A DNA stretch of 64,000 bases, taken from positions 4,544,001 to 4,608,000 of the forward strand of contig OZ220733.1 of the NCBI GenBank assembly GCA_965116875.1, in the 5' to 3' direction. The first letter of the stretch is position 1. Each line of letters starts with the position of its first letter. Made by a program: the position numbers and the translations under genes. Source of the stretch: Candidatus Latescibacterota bacterium. Its GTDB lineage: Bacteria > Latescibacterota > UBA2968 > GCA-2709665. The notes under the pieces were generated by a model that did not search any database, was not told where the DNA came from, and worked only from the letters and a program-made list of their open reading frames with translations. Below, piece after piece: positions 31,174-40,275 of this stretch.

Positions 31174-31314
31174 AGGTGCGGTTTAAATACTGACCAAATA
31201 TGGCGTCGAGACAATTTCGGCGTCGCGTCGGTATTTTTGGTCTCAGGAATAGGGGCAACTATTCCAAAAGACGAGTCGTATAGGTAGGTTGCCCAAGATA
31301 CGGCTCCCGCACCT
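31174..31314 (-). ncRNA. Candidate ~140-nt structured RNA
   Basis: Terminal stem AGGTGCGG/CCGCACCT; inner stems GACCAAA/TTTGGTC, GGAATAG/CTATTCC and the alternative GGGCAAC/GTTGCCC; followed on the minus strand by a terminator. Confidence 0.4.
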
Positions 31315-31459
31315 TTAATAACGTAAAATCTGCATAGCTAGCGAAAGATTTTTCTTAAAACTCCGCCCAGGGCTTTCCGCAAGTAAGCCCTGGGCACAAG
31401 AATGAACAGGAGGGGAGTAACCGGGCGTGGTTTTATACGTCCACATAAGGAGACTAACA

Positions 31460-31699
31460 ATGAATGAGCAAGATTTTCAAAAAGAAATCAACAACCTTCA
31501 GGGTCAAATCTACAATCTCCGGGGGCAGGTGAAAACTCTTATTGGGATTGTGCGCATATTATCAGCAGCAGAAAGAGCAGATCCCGCACAATCCCTAATT
31601 CATAAATATATCGCCGATGTGTTGAGTCATTTACCTGAAGAGAAAAGTGATTTTGAGCGTGGTCAGCAATATATGTGTAATGAGTTTATGCAGCCCTAG
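31460..31699 (+). CDS. Hypothetical 79-aa protein with N-terminal coiled coil
   Basis: TAAGGAG RBS; heptad pattern INNLQGQIYNLRGQV; preceded by hairpin 31365-31395. Confidence 0.6.
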   Translation: MNEQDFQKEINNLQGQIYNLRGQVKTLIGIVRILSAAERADPAQSLIHKYIADVLSHLPEEKSDFERGQQYMCNEFMQP

Positions 31700-31722
31700 A
31701 AATTCTCAACGGGAGAATAGAA

Positions 31723-32427
31723 GTGGACTCACGAATTGCTGTTTTGGAGAAAAGGCTGAAGTGGCAAACAAGAATTCTAATCGGGCTAATTGTAATGTTT
31801 CTGTTCAGTGCCTCGCCCGCGCTGACAATGTTGTCCAATTCGTTCCCGGAAAACTTGACGTCGTTCTTTAAACCGGAAAGCGGCAAGTTGAGTAAAACGG
31901 CCCTGGACAGTGACGATGTTTTACAAGTTGGTAGATTGGAAATTGTGAATGATCAGGGTAATGTTGTCGCCCTTATGGGTGTTGATTTCGTCGGCGACGG
32001 CTTTTTAGCAGTTCGTAATAGAGAAGGAAAAGCAGAAACCAGCGCCGAAATCTCCGTTGATGAAAAAGGGGATGCAGCAATGAAGTTCCGCAGCAAGGGG
32101 CGGCTCTTTGTTGCTGCCGGATCAGATGATAATGGTAATGGAGCGTTCGGTCTCTTAAACACCACCACTAACGAACCAACTGTTCTTATGGGTGCAGACC
32201 CTAACGGTAACGGCTTGATAGGAATTTCAAGAGGCAAGTTCACCGCGTTTGTAGATGAAAACGGGGATGGAGTCGCTGTGACTGCCGGGGACGACGGGAA
32301 TGTCCTTTGGTCGTCCGATACGGTAGTTTCAACAAGTGGGTTATTGGGAGACCTAGACGGCGATGGTGACGTAGACTTCGCCGATTTTCTGGTCTTTGCT
32401 CAAAACTTCGGTAGAACCAGCGGATAA
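31723..32427 (+). CDS. Membrane-anchored/secreted beta-repeat protein with C-terminal dockerin-like motif
   Basis: N-terminal TM, repeated D-x-x-G-(N/D)-G turns, terminal GDLDGDGDVDFADFLVFAQNFG. Confidence 0.75.
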   Translation: MDSRIAVLEKRLKWQTRILIGLIVMFLFSASPALTMLSNSFPENLTSFFKPESGKLSKTALDSDDVLQVGRLEIVNDQGNVVALMGVDFVGDGFLAVRNREGKAETSAEISVDEKGDAAMKFRSKGRLFVAAGSDDNGNGAFGLLNTTTNEPTVLMGADPNGNGLIGISRGKFTAFVDENGDGVAVTAGDDGNVLWSSDTVVSTSGLLGDLDGDGDVDFADFLVFAQNFGRTSG

Positions 32428-32502
32428 CAGAACAATCGAAACCGGCTCACGGCCTCGGCCTTGAGGCTCTCCGGGAAGGCTCCCCCATCTCTGGATTTCA
32501 AT

Positions 32503-32540
32503 AAAGAACCACCGGCCTTAGTTCAAGGTCGGTGGTTTTT
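32503..32540. terminator. Probable bidirectional terminator between convergent cargo genes
   Basis: AACCACCGGCCTT-agttc-AAGGTCGGTGGTT with A-rich and T-rich flanks. Confidence 0.7.
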
Positions 32541-32577
32541 AATGAGCAGGATTTAAGCAACCTTCAAAATTTAGTTT

Positions 32578-32724
32578 TCACTTCTTGGGCCGTTCACGCC
32601 GAGGAGGGGGTTGTTTTGCAGGGGGAGGAAGTTCCTTTTCAGTTTGAGGTGGTGGCTTAGATGGGTTTGGATCTGGGGGACGTGGGGGATTTACAGAACG
32701 TCTTTCCCTTCTTTCTTCTCCCAT
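32578..32724 (-). CDS. 48-aa proline-rich basic micropeptide
   Basis: MGEERRERRSVNPPRPPDPNPSKPPPQTEKELPPPAKQPPPRRERPKK; AGAGGT RBS; starts 16 nt after the upstream gene's stop. Confidence 0.6.
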   Translation of the reverse strand: MGEERRERRSVNPPRPPDPNPSKPPPQTEKELPPPAKQPPPRRERPKK

Positions 32725-32740
32725 ACGACAATACCTCTTT

Positions 32741-33244
32741 CTATGAATGTTGACTTGCTAAATTGACTTTTGCGTCATTGTATGCTATTTGATTAAGGTG
32801 ATGGTCGATTCCAATATCGGCCCAGCCTGAAACAATGGTAGCTTTATTACCTCGCTCAATTAAATTTTCCAGAATATCACCTACCTCGTCGTTTTCAATT
32901 TGATGACTTTCTATTTTCCTCCATAATGTTCTATGCTCTTTCAGCAAGTCAGAACATAAAGCACCTATAGCAAAAAGATTCGCAGATTTTTTTGCAAAAT
33001 TTCCACGTAAGGAAAATACACTTATGGTCAGAACAAGAATGTTCGCACCCATACTAATGTAATAACTCGATTTTTCTATAAACAAGAGATTTACAGTACT
33101 GACAATAACACAAACAGCAAGCCCAAACATTGTAACCTGATGATACTTGCGATACTTATCCGCAAGCCGCCCATAGTAACGAACTGCACGTTCTATATCC
33201 AAGTACTCATTCCACACTGAATTTCTTGTTACTTCATCAACCAT
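32741..33244 (-). CDS. Two-TM SLATT-like membrane protein
   Basis: RYYGRLADKY helix, two TM segments, then NFAKKS...helical tail, the SLATT-type topology. Confidence 0.55.
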   Translation of the reverse strand: MVDEVTRNSVWNEYLDIERAVRYYGRLADKYRKYHQVTMFGLAVCVIVSTVNLLFIEKSSYYISMGANILVLTISVFSLRGNFAKKSANLFAIGALCSDLLKEHRTLWRKIESHQIENDEVGDILENLIERGNKATIVSGWADIGIDHHLNQIAYNDAKVNLASQHS

Positions 33245-33423
33245 GACTATACTCCATGTGTTGATTTCTTGTTATAGCAGCGACAATAGTAAATATGGGG
33301 ATATCTATTTCGGTTGTCAAGTAATAGGAGGGGATTTTCTTAAAAAGCCAAGAAAACTCTTGCATTTCTAATTTAACCCATCTTACCTTAAAACCGCTTC
33401 AGGGGTTGATTTATTCAGAATTG

Positions 33424-33461
33424 TCCCGGTAATATCCATTACCGGGGCGATTTTTATTTTT
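33424..33461 (+). terminator. Intrinsic terminator just inside the right TIR
   Basis: TCCCGGTAAT-atcc-ATTACCGGGG followed by TTTTTATTTTT. Confidence 0.65.
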
Positions 33462-33981
33462 GTAGGGTTGTCCATTATTGTATATAGTCCCCATTGCGAT
33501 GAAGTATCCTACGGTTTCTGAGCCAGTGAATCCACGGATTGGCGATTGCATGCTGTAAATCCTTTCCAGGTCATTTATCTCAGGAAGCACCCTTATCCCA
33601 GAAGTCCCCGTTCAACCCGGGCTATACGAGCGCGTGTCTTGACGTGAGAGTGTTGTCACGGATTGCACTGATCAGGCAGCCCATAATCGGCACAATGGAG
33701 CCACTTGGGACTGGCGATTTTGGAGTTTCAATCCACGCCCCCGCACATTACGGCTTATGCGATGCGGATTTTGGCGCCGTAAACGTGGCGTTAGCGCGAA
33801 AAGCGCGCCGTCGCTGCAACTCCGGAAGCCGCCGCTTAAACCACCAGGATGCGCTCTCCCCTATCCAAGACATTTGACAACAATTCCACCGTAGACAAGC
33901 AGGCTGGAACAACACTTGCCGGATAAGGCCTTCACCCGTTAATGATACTTACTATCTGCACGGAGCACTGTCCAAATTTGC

Positions 33982-34560
33982 CTACTCAAAGAAAGGACTA
34001 TCAATATCGGTCGGAACACTTCGCTCTAGCTCATTGAGGTAGTGTTTCCTGAACTCTTTCCAACTCGCAACTATCTTATGACGTGCCACCTTCGCGTTTT
34101 TCCCGGTAAATTGTGTTCCAAAGCTGAGACATGATATTTGGGCGTGGATGGTCTTGATGCTTTCGTATGGATACAATCCGATCCGTTCCCTCCCTTCGCC
34201 AATATTGATAAATATAGCTCGCAGTTCTTCCGTCGCTATACTGAGGTCCATCAACACTGTTCCATATATCGATTGTGAAGGGTTTTTGAGGTGAGTGTAT
34301 TGGATGGCTTCTTGCACTGCCACAACAATCTTTGACCACAGTTCGCGAACGTCTCTCAGATAGGCAAGTCGACAGTGGAAACAGTAGCCTAGCCAAACGA
34401 CAGGAATGGCAACTATCAGTGGCAAGAGGTCCTTGAATGTATTGTACAACGGCTCACCGTCGCCAGTATCATATTTCTTCAGCATGATTCCGATGACGAG
34501 TGCTACAAAATAGAACAGGATTACGAAAATAATCCATCGCTTGAAGATTCGCTTATTCAT
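33982..34560 (-). CDS. Hypothetical two-TM membrane protein
   Basis: MNKRIFKRWIIF..., two hydrophobic segments then a helical domain; GGGAGG RBS; AT-rich. Confidence 0.65.
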   Translation of the reverse strand: MNKRIFKRWIIFVILFYFVALVIGIMLKKYDTGDGEPLYNTFKDLLPLIVAIPVVWLGYCFHCRLAYLRDVRELWSKIVVAVQEAIQYTHLKNPSQSIYGTVLMDLSIATEELRAIFINIGEGRERIGLYPYESIKTIHAQISCLSFGTQFTGKNAKVARHKIVASWKEFRKHYLNELERSVPTDIDSPFFE

Positions 34561-35093
34561 TGTAGCCTCCCCTTCGTGCCAATCATAAAGTGAGACAACC
34601 CCCCTCCGAGTTTTATGTCGTATATTTGGCGGAGAGGAGAGCATGAGATGAGGTCAAAAATAGATATTGGAGACAAAGGGAGCAAGGGGCCTTTGGTTGT
34701 GCAGGTCCCGCGATGGCAATCTCATCATTGACTTGCGTGGGTTCAGCTTGCGGGTCTAAAGGGCAAAAAAAAAAGCGACCGCGTTCATCGCGGAGTCATC
34801 GCCCTTTCCCAAATTGGGTTCAACTTTCTGTTTCATTCCACAGACGTAGAAACCCTCTGGGCAAAAACATGGGTCACTCCAAACCTCCACTTTCCGCTGT
34901 TCGCGAACCCTACCTGTGATCCTCGACGACGACGCCGGCGACTACACCAACCGTAACCGTTTTGTGCATTGCTCTGCGCTCCTTTGGACCATTCAGCGTG
35001 AGTTATGAATTACTTCAGCTCGAACCGTCGCTCAATAGCAATTGCTCGCGGTTTGAGATGAAGCCGCAGGTTGCCCAAGATTAAAGGCGAGCG

Positions 35094-36269
35094 TTATCTC
35101 GCCCGCTCGACGATGATCCTCGCCTTTGACCCTGCGCCAGCCCGATGACGCCATACCTGCGTTTCTGTATTCTCACCGGTGACGCGGATCTTACCGGTGT
35201 TGCCATCCGCATAGCTACAGTCGCCCTTATACCTTGTACCGTTCAGGGCGGTCAGTTCTACTGTATAGCTCTCTCGGTCCCGGACCCTCAGCCGGTAACA
35301 ATCCCAATCGTTGTCGATTTCCCCGGAGAATATGGTATCGCCGTCCACGTCGACCCTGATACGATCGCCATCTTCGCACTCGTGGTCGCGGACGCAAATT
35401 CGAAGGGTTCCACGTGTGCCACTAATTCTCATTGGGAAGTCCTGTATGCCCCTTTCAACCACGATGCCCTGTGCATAAATTATCGTCCTGGCGTTGTAGG
35501 CATAAATCCCAGCATATCCGAAACTGGTACCTGCTACCCACATGGTCATACCGTCCGACCAGATCCCACCAGTGACAGTGATGTAGTCTGCTCTGGTGAA
35601 TTCCTTGGCTCGGTCGCGCGCTTTGGACCTCAGATTGTAAGCATAGATTTTCTTGTCATTCAAGTCTGCGGCCCACATGGTCGTTCCATCCGACCAGATT
35701 CCATGGGGGTAGGCGTTTCCAGCGTCGCGAAGGGTATTGAAGTCCTTGTTGGGGTCGCGTGCTTTTGTCCGCAGGTTGTAAGCATAGATTTTCCCGTCAT
35801 AGTAGTCTGCGACCCACATGGTCGTACCGTTCGACCAGATTCCTTGAGGGCGGCGATTTCCAGCGTCGCGAAGGGTGTTGAAGTCCTTGTTGGGGTCGCG
35901 TGCGTTTGTCCGCAGGTTGTAAGCATAGATTTTTCTGTCACTGTAGTTTGCGACCCACCCATCCGAGTCCGCGACCCACATGGTCGTTCCGTCCGACCAG
36001 ATTCCTTGAGGGAAGCGGTTCCCAGCGCCGCGAAGGGTATCAAAGTCCTTGTTCAGGTCGGGTTTTTTGGTCCGCAGGTTGTAAGCATAGATCTTCTCGT
36101 GAGCGTAGTCTGCGACCCACATGGTCGTACCGTCCGACCAGATCCCTTCAGAGCGGCTGTTTCCAGCGGCCCGGGTATCGAAGTCCAAGTCCGGTACGCG
36201 GTTTAACTCACCAGCGGATGCTGGATCTGTAAACAACAACATCCAACCAATAAAAACACGGCTCCACAT
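35094..36269 (-). CDS. Secreted tandem-repeat (beta-propeller-like) protein
   Basis: Five copies of GIWSDGTTMWVAD...KIYAYNLRT..RDPNKDFNTLRDAGN; signal-like MWSRVFIGWMLLF; Cys-containing C-terminal domain. Confidence 0.8.
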   Translation of the reverse strand: MWSRVFIGWMLLFTDPASAGELNRVPDLDFDTRAAGNSRSEGIWSDGTTMWVADYAHEKIYAYNLRTKKPDLNKDFDTLRGAGNRFPQGIWSDGTTMWVADSDGWVANYSDRKIYAYNLRTNARDPNKDFNTLRDAGNRRPQGIWSNGTTMWVADYYDGKIYAYNLRTKARDPNKDFNTLRDAGNAYPHGIWSDGTTMWAADLNDKKIYAYNLRSKARDRAKEFTRADYITVTGGIWSDGMTMWVAGTSFGYAGIYAYNARTIIYAQGIVVERGIQDFPMRISGTRGTLRICVRDHECEDGDRIRVDVDGDTIFSGEIDNDWDCYRLRVRDRESYTVELTALNGTRYKGDCSYADGNTGKIRVTGENTETQVWRHRAGAGSKARIIVERAR

Positions 36270-36546
36270 ATATGCCGCCTTCAGAAGCTGTCTGAACACA
36301 AGGGGACAAAAACACTCGGCGCAAACGGTATGCATGCCAGATTGCACATCGCGTCGGTGAATACATGGGTTGTGAACCTTTTTTGGGACCGCCGGTTTTC
36401 GACTTTGCGGGTCATGGACCGGCGGAAAACCCAATCAATCACGTACCTATCGTAGTGTTGATTCTCCACCCATTTCCCAACGTGTGGTCCTATTGGAAGT
36501 GCGAACACGCAACTTTCCGTGGGCGACCCCATGAATGCTTGTCCGA

Positions 36547-36690
36547 GGGCCAAATGCGGGAAATCCGCAAGACCGGATCGATGAGCGGGATGTGGAAACG
36601 GGCACGGAGCGGCTATTGAGGAACCGCCAGACGAATCGTGCCGAAACAGATATGCCCCTCCTAACCCACCGCGCCACATTTCGAATCTAC
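36547..36690 (+). mobile_element. Degenerate group II intron 3' end (domains V-VI)
   Basis: GGGCCAAATGCGGGAAATCCGCAAGACCGGATCGATGAGCGGGATGTGG...CCACCGCGCCACATTTCGAATCTAC matches the D5/D6 pattern; no intact RT ORF. Confidence 0.8.
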
Positions 36691-36705
36691 GCCTATTCTT
36701 CAGAT

Positions 36706-37722
36706 TCAAGGAGTAACGGTCCGGGCAACACGAAAACCGACGAATCGTACCTGGGCGAAATTGTCTCCCCCGACGGTCTTGAGCCATTGATTATCGCGGT
36801 CGGCTGAGCGTAACCATTTCCAACCGTATTTCCAGGAACCACCGCGTGTGACGCGATGATCACACCTCCCAGACTCCCAAGCCGACCCGTCCGCAGGGGC
36901 ACGTAAATAATGATCGTTCCAGCAATCCTGCACGTATTCCGATACGTTGCCGTGCATATCGTGGAGACCCCATGCATTTGCGGGGTACCAACCGACCGGT
37001 GCCGTTATGCCCCTGTCCCACCGACCGCCGCAACCGCGGCAATTCGCACGGTTGCTGCCAATCTCGTCCCCCCAGCTGAACCTGCTCGTTGTTCCCGCCC
37101 GCGCTGCATACTCCCATTCCGACTCACTCAATAGACGATACTTTTCCCCCGTTCGTTTCGATAGCCATGAAACGTATGACTGCGCGTCGTTCCAATCGAC
37201 ATTGATCACCGGCCGTTCCCCTCGGCCAAAGCCACTGACGGGAACGTACCCGCCGCACCCCCCCGCAGACACACACGCTTCCCACTCGTCGAACGTAACT
37301 TCGTACACACCCACGGCGAGCCGGTAACCTATCGTGACGATGTGCTGAGGACTCTCATCTATATCGCGGCCCTCCTCGTCGTCGGGCGACCCCATTATAA
37401 ACGAACCCGACGGCAGAACCACCATTTGTGGGCATTCATCGCAGTCCCTGAAAACCGTTCCTGCGGAGTCTAGACCCTTCGCTTCAGCAGCCTCTACAGT
37501 TGATCGCGCCACGGACAATTCGCCTAACCAACGGGACCAAAGCGGCGTATCCGCAGCCTGAGGTGCACTTGCCGCATACTGCTGCTGACGCAAGTACCCT
37601 ACAAGCTCCTCCTGGATGAAATCGCCTCCAAACAACATGGCACACATGCACACCGCGCCAACAATCCATCGCCACCTGCTCTTCGCAGATACGTGCCTTC
37701 CGACGACGTCCCGTCGATGCAT
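36706..37722 (-). CDS. Formylglycine-generating enzyme family (SUMF1) domain protein
   Basis: FRDCDECPQMVVLPSG, YEVTFDEW, RPVINVDW, RLLSESEWEYAARAG, NAWGLHDMHGNV, RGGSW, GFRVAR. Start uncertain. Confidence 0.9.
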   Translation of the reverse strand: MHRRDVVGRHVSAKSRWRWIVGAVCMCAMLFGGDFIQEELVGYLRQQQYAASAPQAADTPLWSRWLGELSVARSTVEAAEAKGLDSAGTVFRDCDECPQMVVLPSGSFIMGSPDDEEGRDIDESPQHIVTIGYRLAVGVYEVTFDEWEACVSAGGCGGYVPVSGFGRGERPVINVDWNDAQSYVSWLSKRTGEKYRLLSESEWEYAARAGTTSRFSWGDEIGSNRANCRGCGGRWDRGITAPVGWYPANAWGLHDMHGNVSEYVQDCWNDHYLRAPADGSAWESGRCDHRVTRGGSWKYGWKWLRSADRDNQWLKTVGGDNFAQVRFVGFRVARTVTP

Positions 37723-37899
37723 GGGCCGATCGTCTGTGAAAGTCCCTTTCCGCGCAAATGTTCCGACCGGATTGTGTTTTTGATGCAGGTCTTCACCCTG
37801 ATGTGAAACCCCGAGCCCATTCTGAATCAGATAACGTCTTGCCTTTGGATCGGCCTGTTCCAGCCTCCTTTTCTTTTCGATTTCCACGACAAAGTCTCC

Positions 37900-38150
37900 C
37901 CTCTGCATAAACATGGTAATAAGGACCGTACGCCGCGCCTTGAAGGAGCGATACACTTTGATGACATTGCACCGTTCGAGACGCGCCAACCTGCACGCCT
38001 CATTTCGGATCTGTTCCATCCCCCAGTCGAAATCATCCCGCTACAGTGTCGCCTTCAGGGCGATGTTGCAAACCTCCGAACGCACGACGATACCTCACGA
38101 AACGGAATCCCAGATTGTCACAGGTCCATTTAGGCTGTGGTCAAAACCCG
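37900..38150 (-). pseudogene. Remnant of a Ser/Thr protein kinase N-lobe
   Basis: GFDHSLNGPVTI...*...*RDDFDWGMEQIRNEACRLARLERCNVIKVYRSF resembles kinase subdomains II-IV with stops and lost catalytic residues. Confidence 0.5.
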
Positions 38151-38305
38151 CTTGGGTCGAACAGTAACACGCTGATCATCCTTATGTGTTGCGTTCTCTT
38201 GATACCGGCAGTTAAACCAGCCGACCAAGACGGACACGAACTGGAGCAACAGTTGTTGGATGGGACGCCCACTGACTTAAGTTCCGTTCCAGCCGCGGCT
38301 CACTG

Positions 38306-39235
38306 TCAGTCTCTCTCTATGATCATTGCGTAGCCTTCAGGCGCGTGTTTGTGAATCTGATCTAGTATTAGGCGCGGATTCACACGCAAATGATAAATCT
38401 CAAACCAATTGTTAACGAATACGTCATCTTTGTTGTTGTGGTATCGCCACCGCATTCGCCGAAGTGCTTCCCTGGCCTTCTGTTCCTCCATGTAACTTCC
38501 TTTCTCCAACCTGGTCTCTCCTTCTTCGAGAGGGTATTTGTACTTTGACAGAAATTCACTCCAATCGGGACTTCCTGGAGTGTCCCACCCCCATTCGCCT
38601 GGCGCCTCTAATACACCGGGGTTATTCAGATGGATATATGCCTTAAAGTGACTTGCGAACGACCAAGGGTTGCCTTCGGAACGGTGCTTCTCGGGAAGCG
38701 GAAAAAGGCCGTAGGTCTCGATTGAAAAACTGAAATTCACGTACTGGATTTTATCCAACACATCCTGGCTGACGTAGACTGTCGATCCTCCGTGGAAGGA
38801 GATATCGTTTTCCTTTGAGTCACCGACGCTACTGATTGTGATGCGATTTGCAAATCCATCGTCGGCCTCGAAGATCAACTCACTCAAGCGTGGCATGCGG
38901 AATTCGTAAGTCTGAACCGGTTCGCCCATGAGTGTCCAGAGAGCCAGACGCATTTCACAGTCGCTGGTTGCGAGTCGCTTCAACGTAACACTACGGCGCC
39001 CGTATTTGCCTTCCAAAATGTCCGATGGTTCCGTCAGTTTCGCCCTGACAGTCTTGCTCAGAAAATCCCTGTCCGATTCGCCACGCGCCGTAGAATGTAA
39101 CAACAGCAAGCAGCTGAGGATGGCCGTCAGCAGGCCAGCTAAACACTTCATGTTCATTCTTCCACCCGTATTGGCCTGAGAATGACTGAACAAGGCAAGA
39201 AGAAGAATCGGAATTCGAGAGTACTTTACGCCCAT
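38306..39235 (-). CDS. Hypothetical secreted protein
   Basis: 309-aa ORF with signal-like N-terminus; no recognised motif. Confidence 0.6.
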   Translation of the reverse strand: MGVKYSRIPILLLALFSHSQANTGGRMNMKCLAGLLTAILSCLLLLHSTARGESDRDFLSKTVRAKLTEPSDILEGKYGRRSVTLKRLATSDCEMRLALWTLMGEPVQTYEFRMPRLSELIFEADDGFANRITISSVGDSKENDISFHGGSTVYVSQDVLDKIQYVNFSFSIETYGLFPLPEKHRSEGNPWSFASHFKAYIHLNNPGVLEAPGEWGWDTPGSPDWSEFLSKYKYPLEEGETRLEKGSYMEEQKAREALRRMRWRYHNNKDDVFVNNWFEIYHLRVNPRLILDQIHKHAPEGYAMIIERD

Positions 39236-40154
39236 CTGGTTACCTCACTGGCTTGATTATACGGACGGATTAATAGCCATATGGCGCGCATTTACCATCT
39301 AAGATAGTCGACACCACCACGCACGGTACATGCGGCAAGGACGGAAACGTCTATATGAAAGTGCATTCTGTACATGGCAAGGTGTACGGTAAGGTCCGCC
39401 GGTTTTGGACTTTGGAAGGTCAGGGAATCGGCGGTTTCCTGTATCGGTCGCAAACGTATTGCAGTGTTGCAAAATGCGCCTGAATTGCCACCAATAATGT
39501 ACGGACCGCTACGTCTGTCAAGTGTTAGTTTGACGATATTTCCAATATTTTCAATTACTTAATTCCGTATTTGTATACAACTTCCGATTATGTATACAAA
39601 AACTGAACGGTTCCGTCGGGAGGCGTTGCTTTGACTGGGAAGTGCCGGATGATTGATCTGCAGAGTCAGATCTTGAATTACGTGTTGTTTCTGTAGGAGG
39701 TTGACTGCTGGCGGGTACAGGTGGATCCGATTTCGATCGGGGAGGGGAGAGACGCAGAATCGAAGGGCAGGATCATTTTTGTCGTGGCGGGAATTTCTGT
39801 ACGGTGAAATCGGCTCGGTCAGAGTGATGTCGGGTGGTTGATGGTGGACGGATTCATTGGGACAATCCATCCTGAAACTCAAACTTGCGGTATCTATCCT
39901 GTTACCGTTTGCCAGAGGTACATTGTTGTGGGCAGACAGGAATGTCCGCCCCACCTTCAAGACAGGCTGACCCGGAAACGCGCCGCGACGCTACGGGAGA
40001 GGGGCGGACGTGCTGCCTCTCAGGTGTCGTCACGTGCGGGTCGCGCGGGGTTGATTCCATGCTGCAGTAGATCCTTCGTCGGCCTGGCGTGCTCCGTTAC
40101 AAGACAGTCGGGTGTACGCGTTGCGAAGGGCGTTGCGGACGTGGCACGCAGGCC

Positions 40155-40275
40155 ACTTCGACCCTTCGACAATCCTTCGGCAGGCTTGCTTCGACAGGCT
40201 CAGTACAAGCAGGACGACGGCTCAGGGACCACAGGCTTGCTTCGACAAGCCACTTCGACAAGTTCAGTGCAAGCA
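40155..40275. repeat. Cluster of degenerate CTTCGACA(A/G)GCTCAG repeats
   Basis: At least five CTTCGAC cores, e.g. gcttgcttcgacaggctcagtacaagc and cttcgacaagttcagtgcaagc. Confidence 0.6.

Larger units (their letters stand above)
28298..33492 (+). mobile_element. IS1595-family element with passenger genes, 5195 bp
   Basis: TIRs GGGGACTATATACAAAAGTGGA and (reverse complement) GGGGACTATATACAATAATGGA match 20/22; 8-bp direct repeat ATTGCGAT at 28290-97 and 33493-500; removing the element restores a host reading frame; interior visibly AT-richer than the flanks. Confidence 0.93.

Noticed and set aside
31174-31314. tRNA or tmRNA fragment
   Set aside because: It has a 7-8 bp terminal stem but no TTCRA T-loop and no CCA end.
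35560-36200. CRISPR-like array
   Set aside because: The repeats are in-frame protein repeats of about 44-51 codons with no unique spacers.
36706-36900. Diversity-generating retroelement targeting the SUMF1 (CLec-fold) C-terminus
   Set aside because: No template repeat differing at adenines and no intact RT were found; the nearby RNA is a group II intron remnant.
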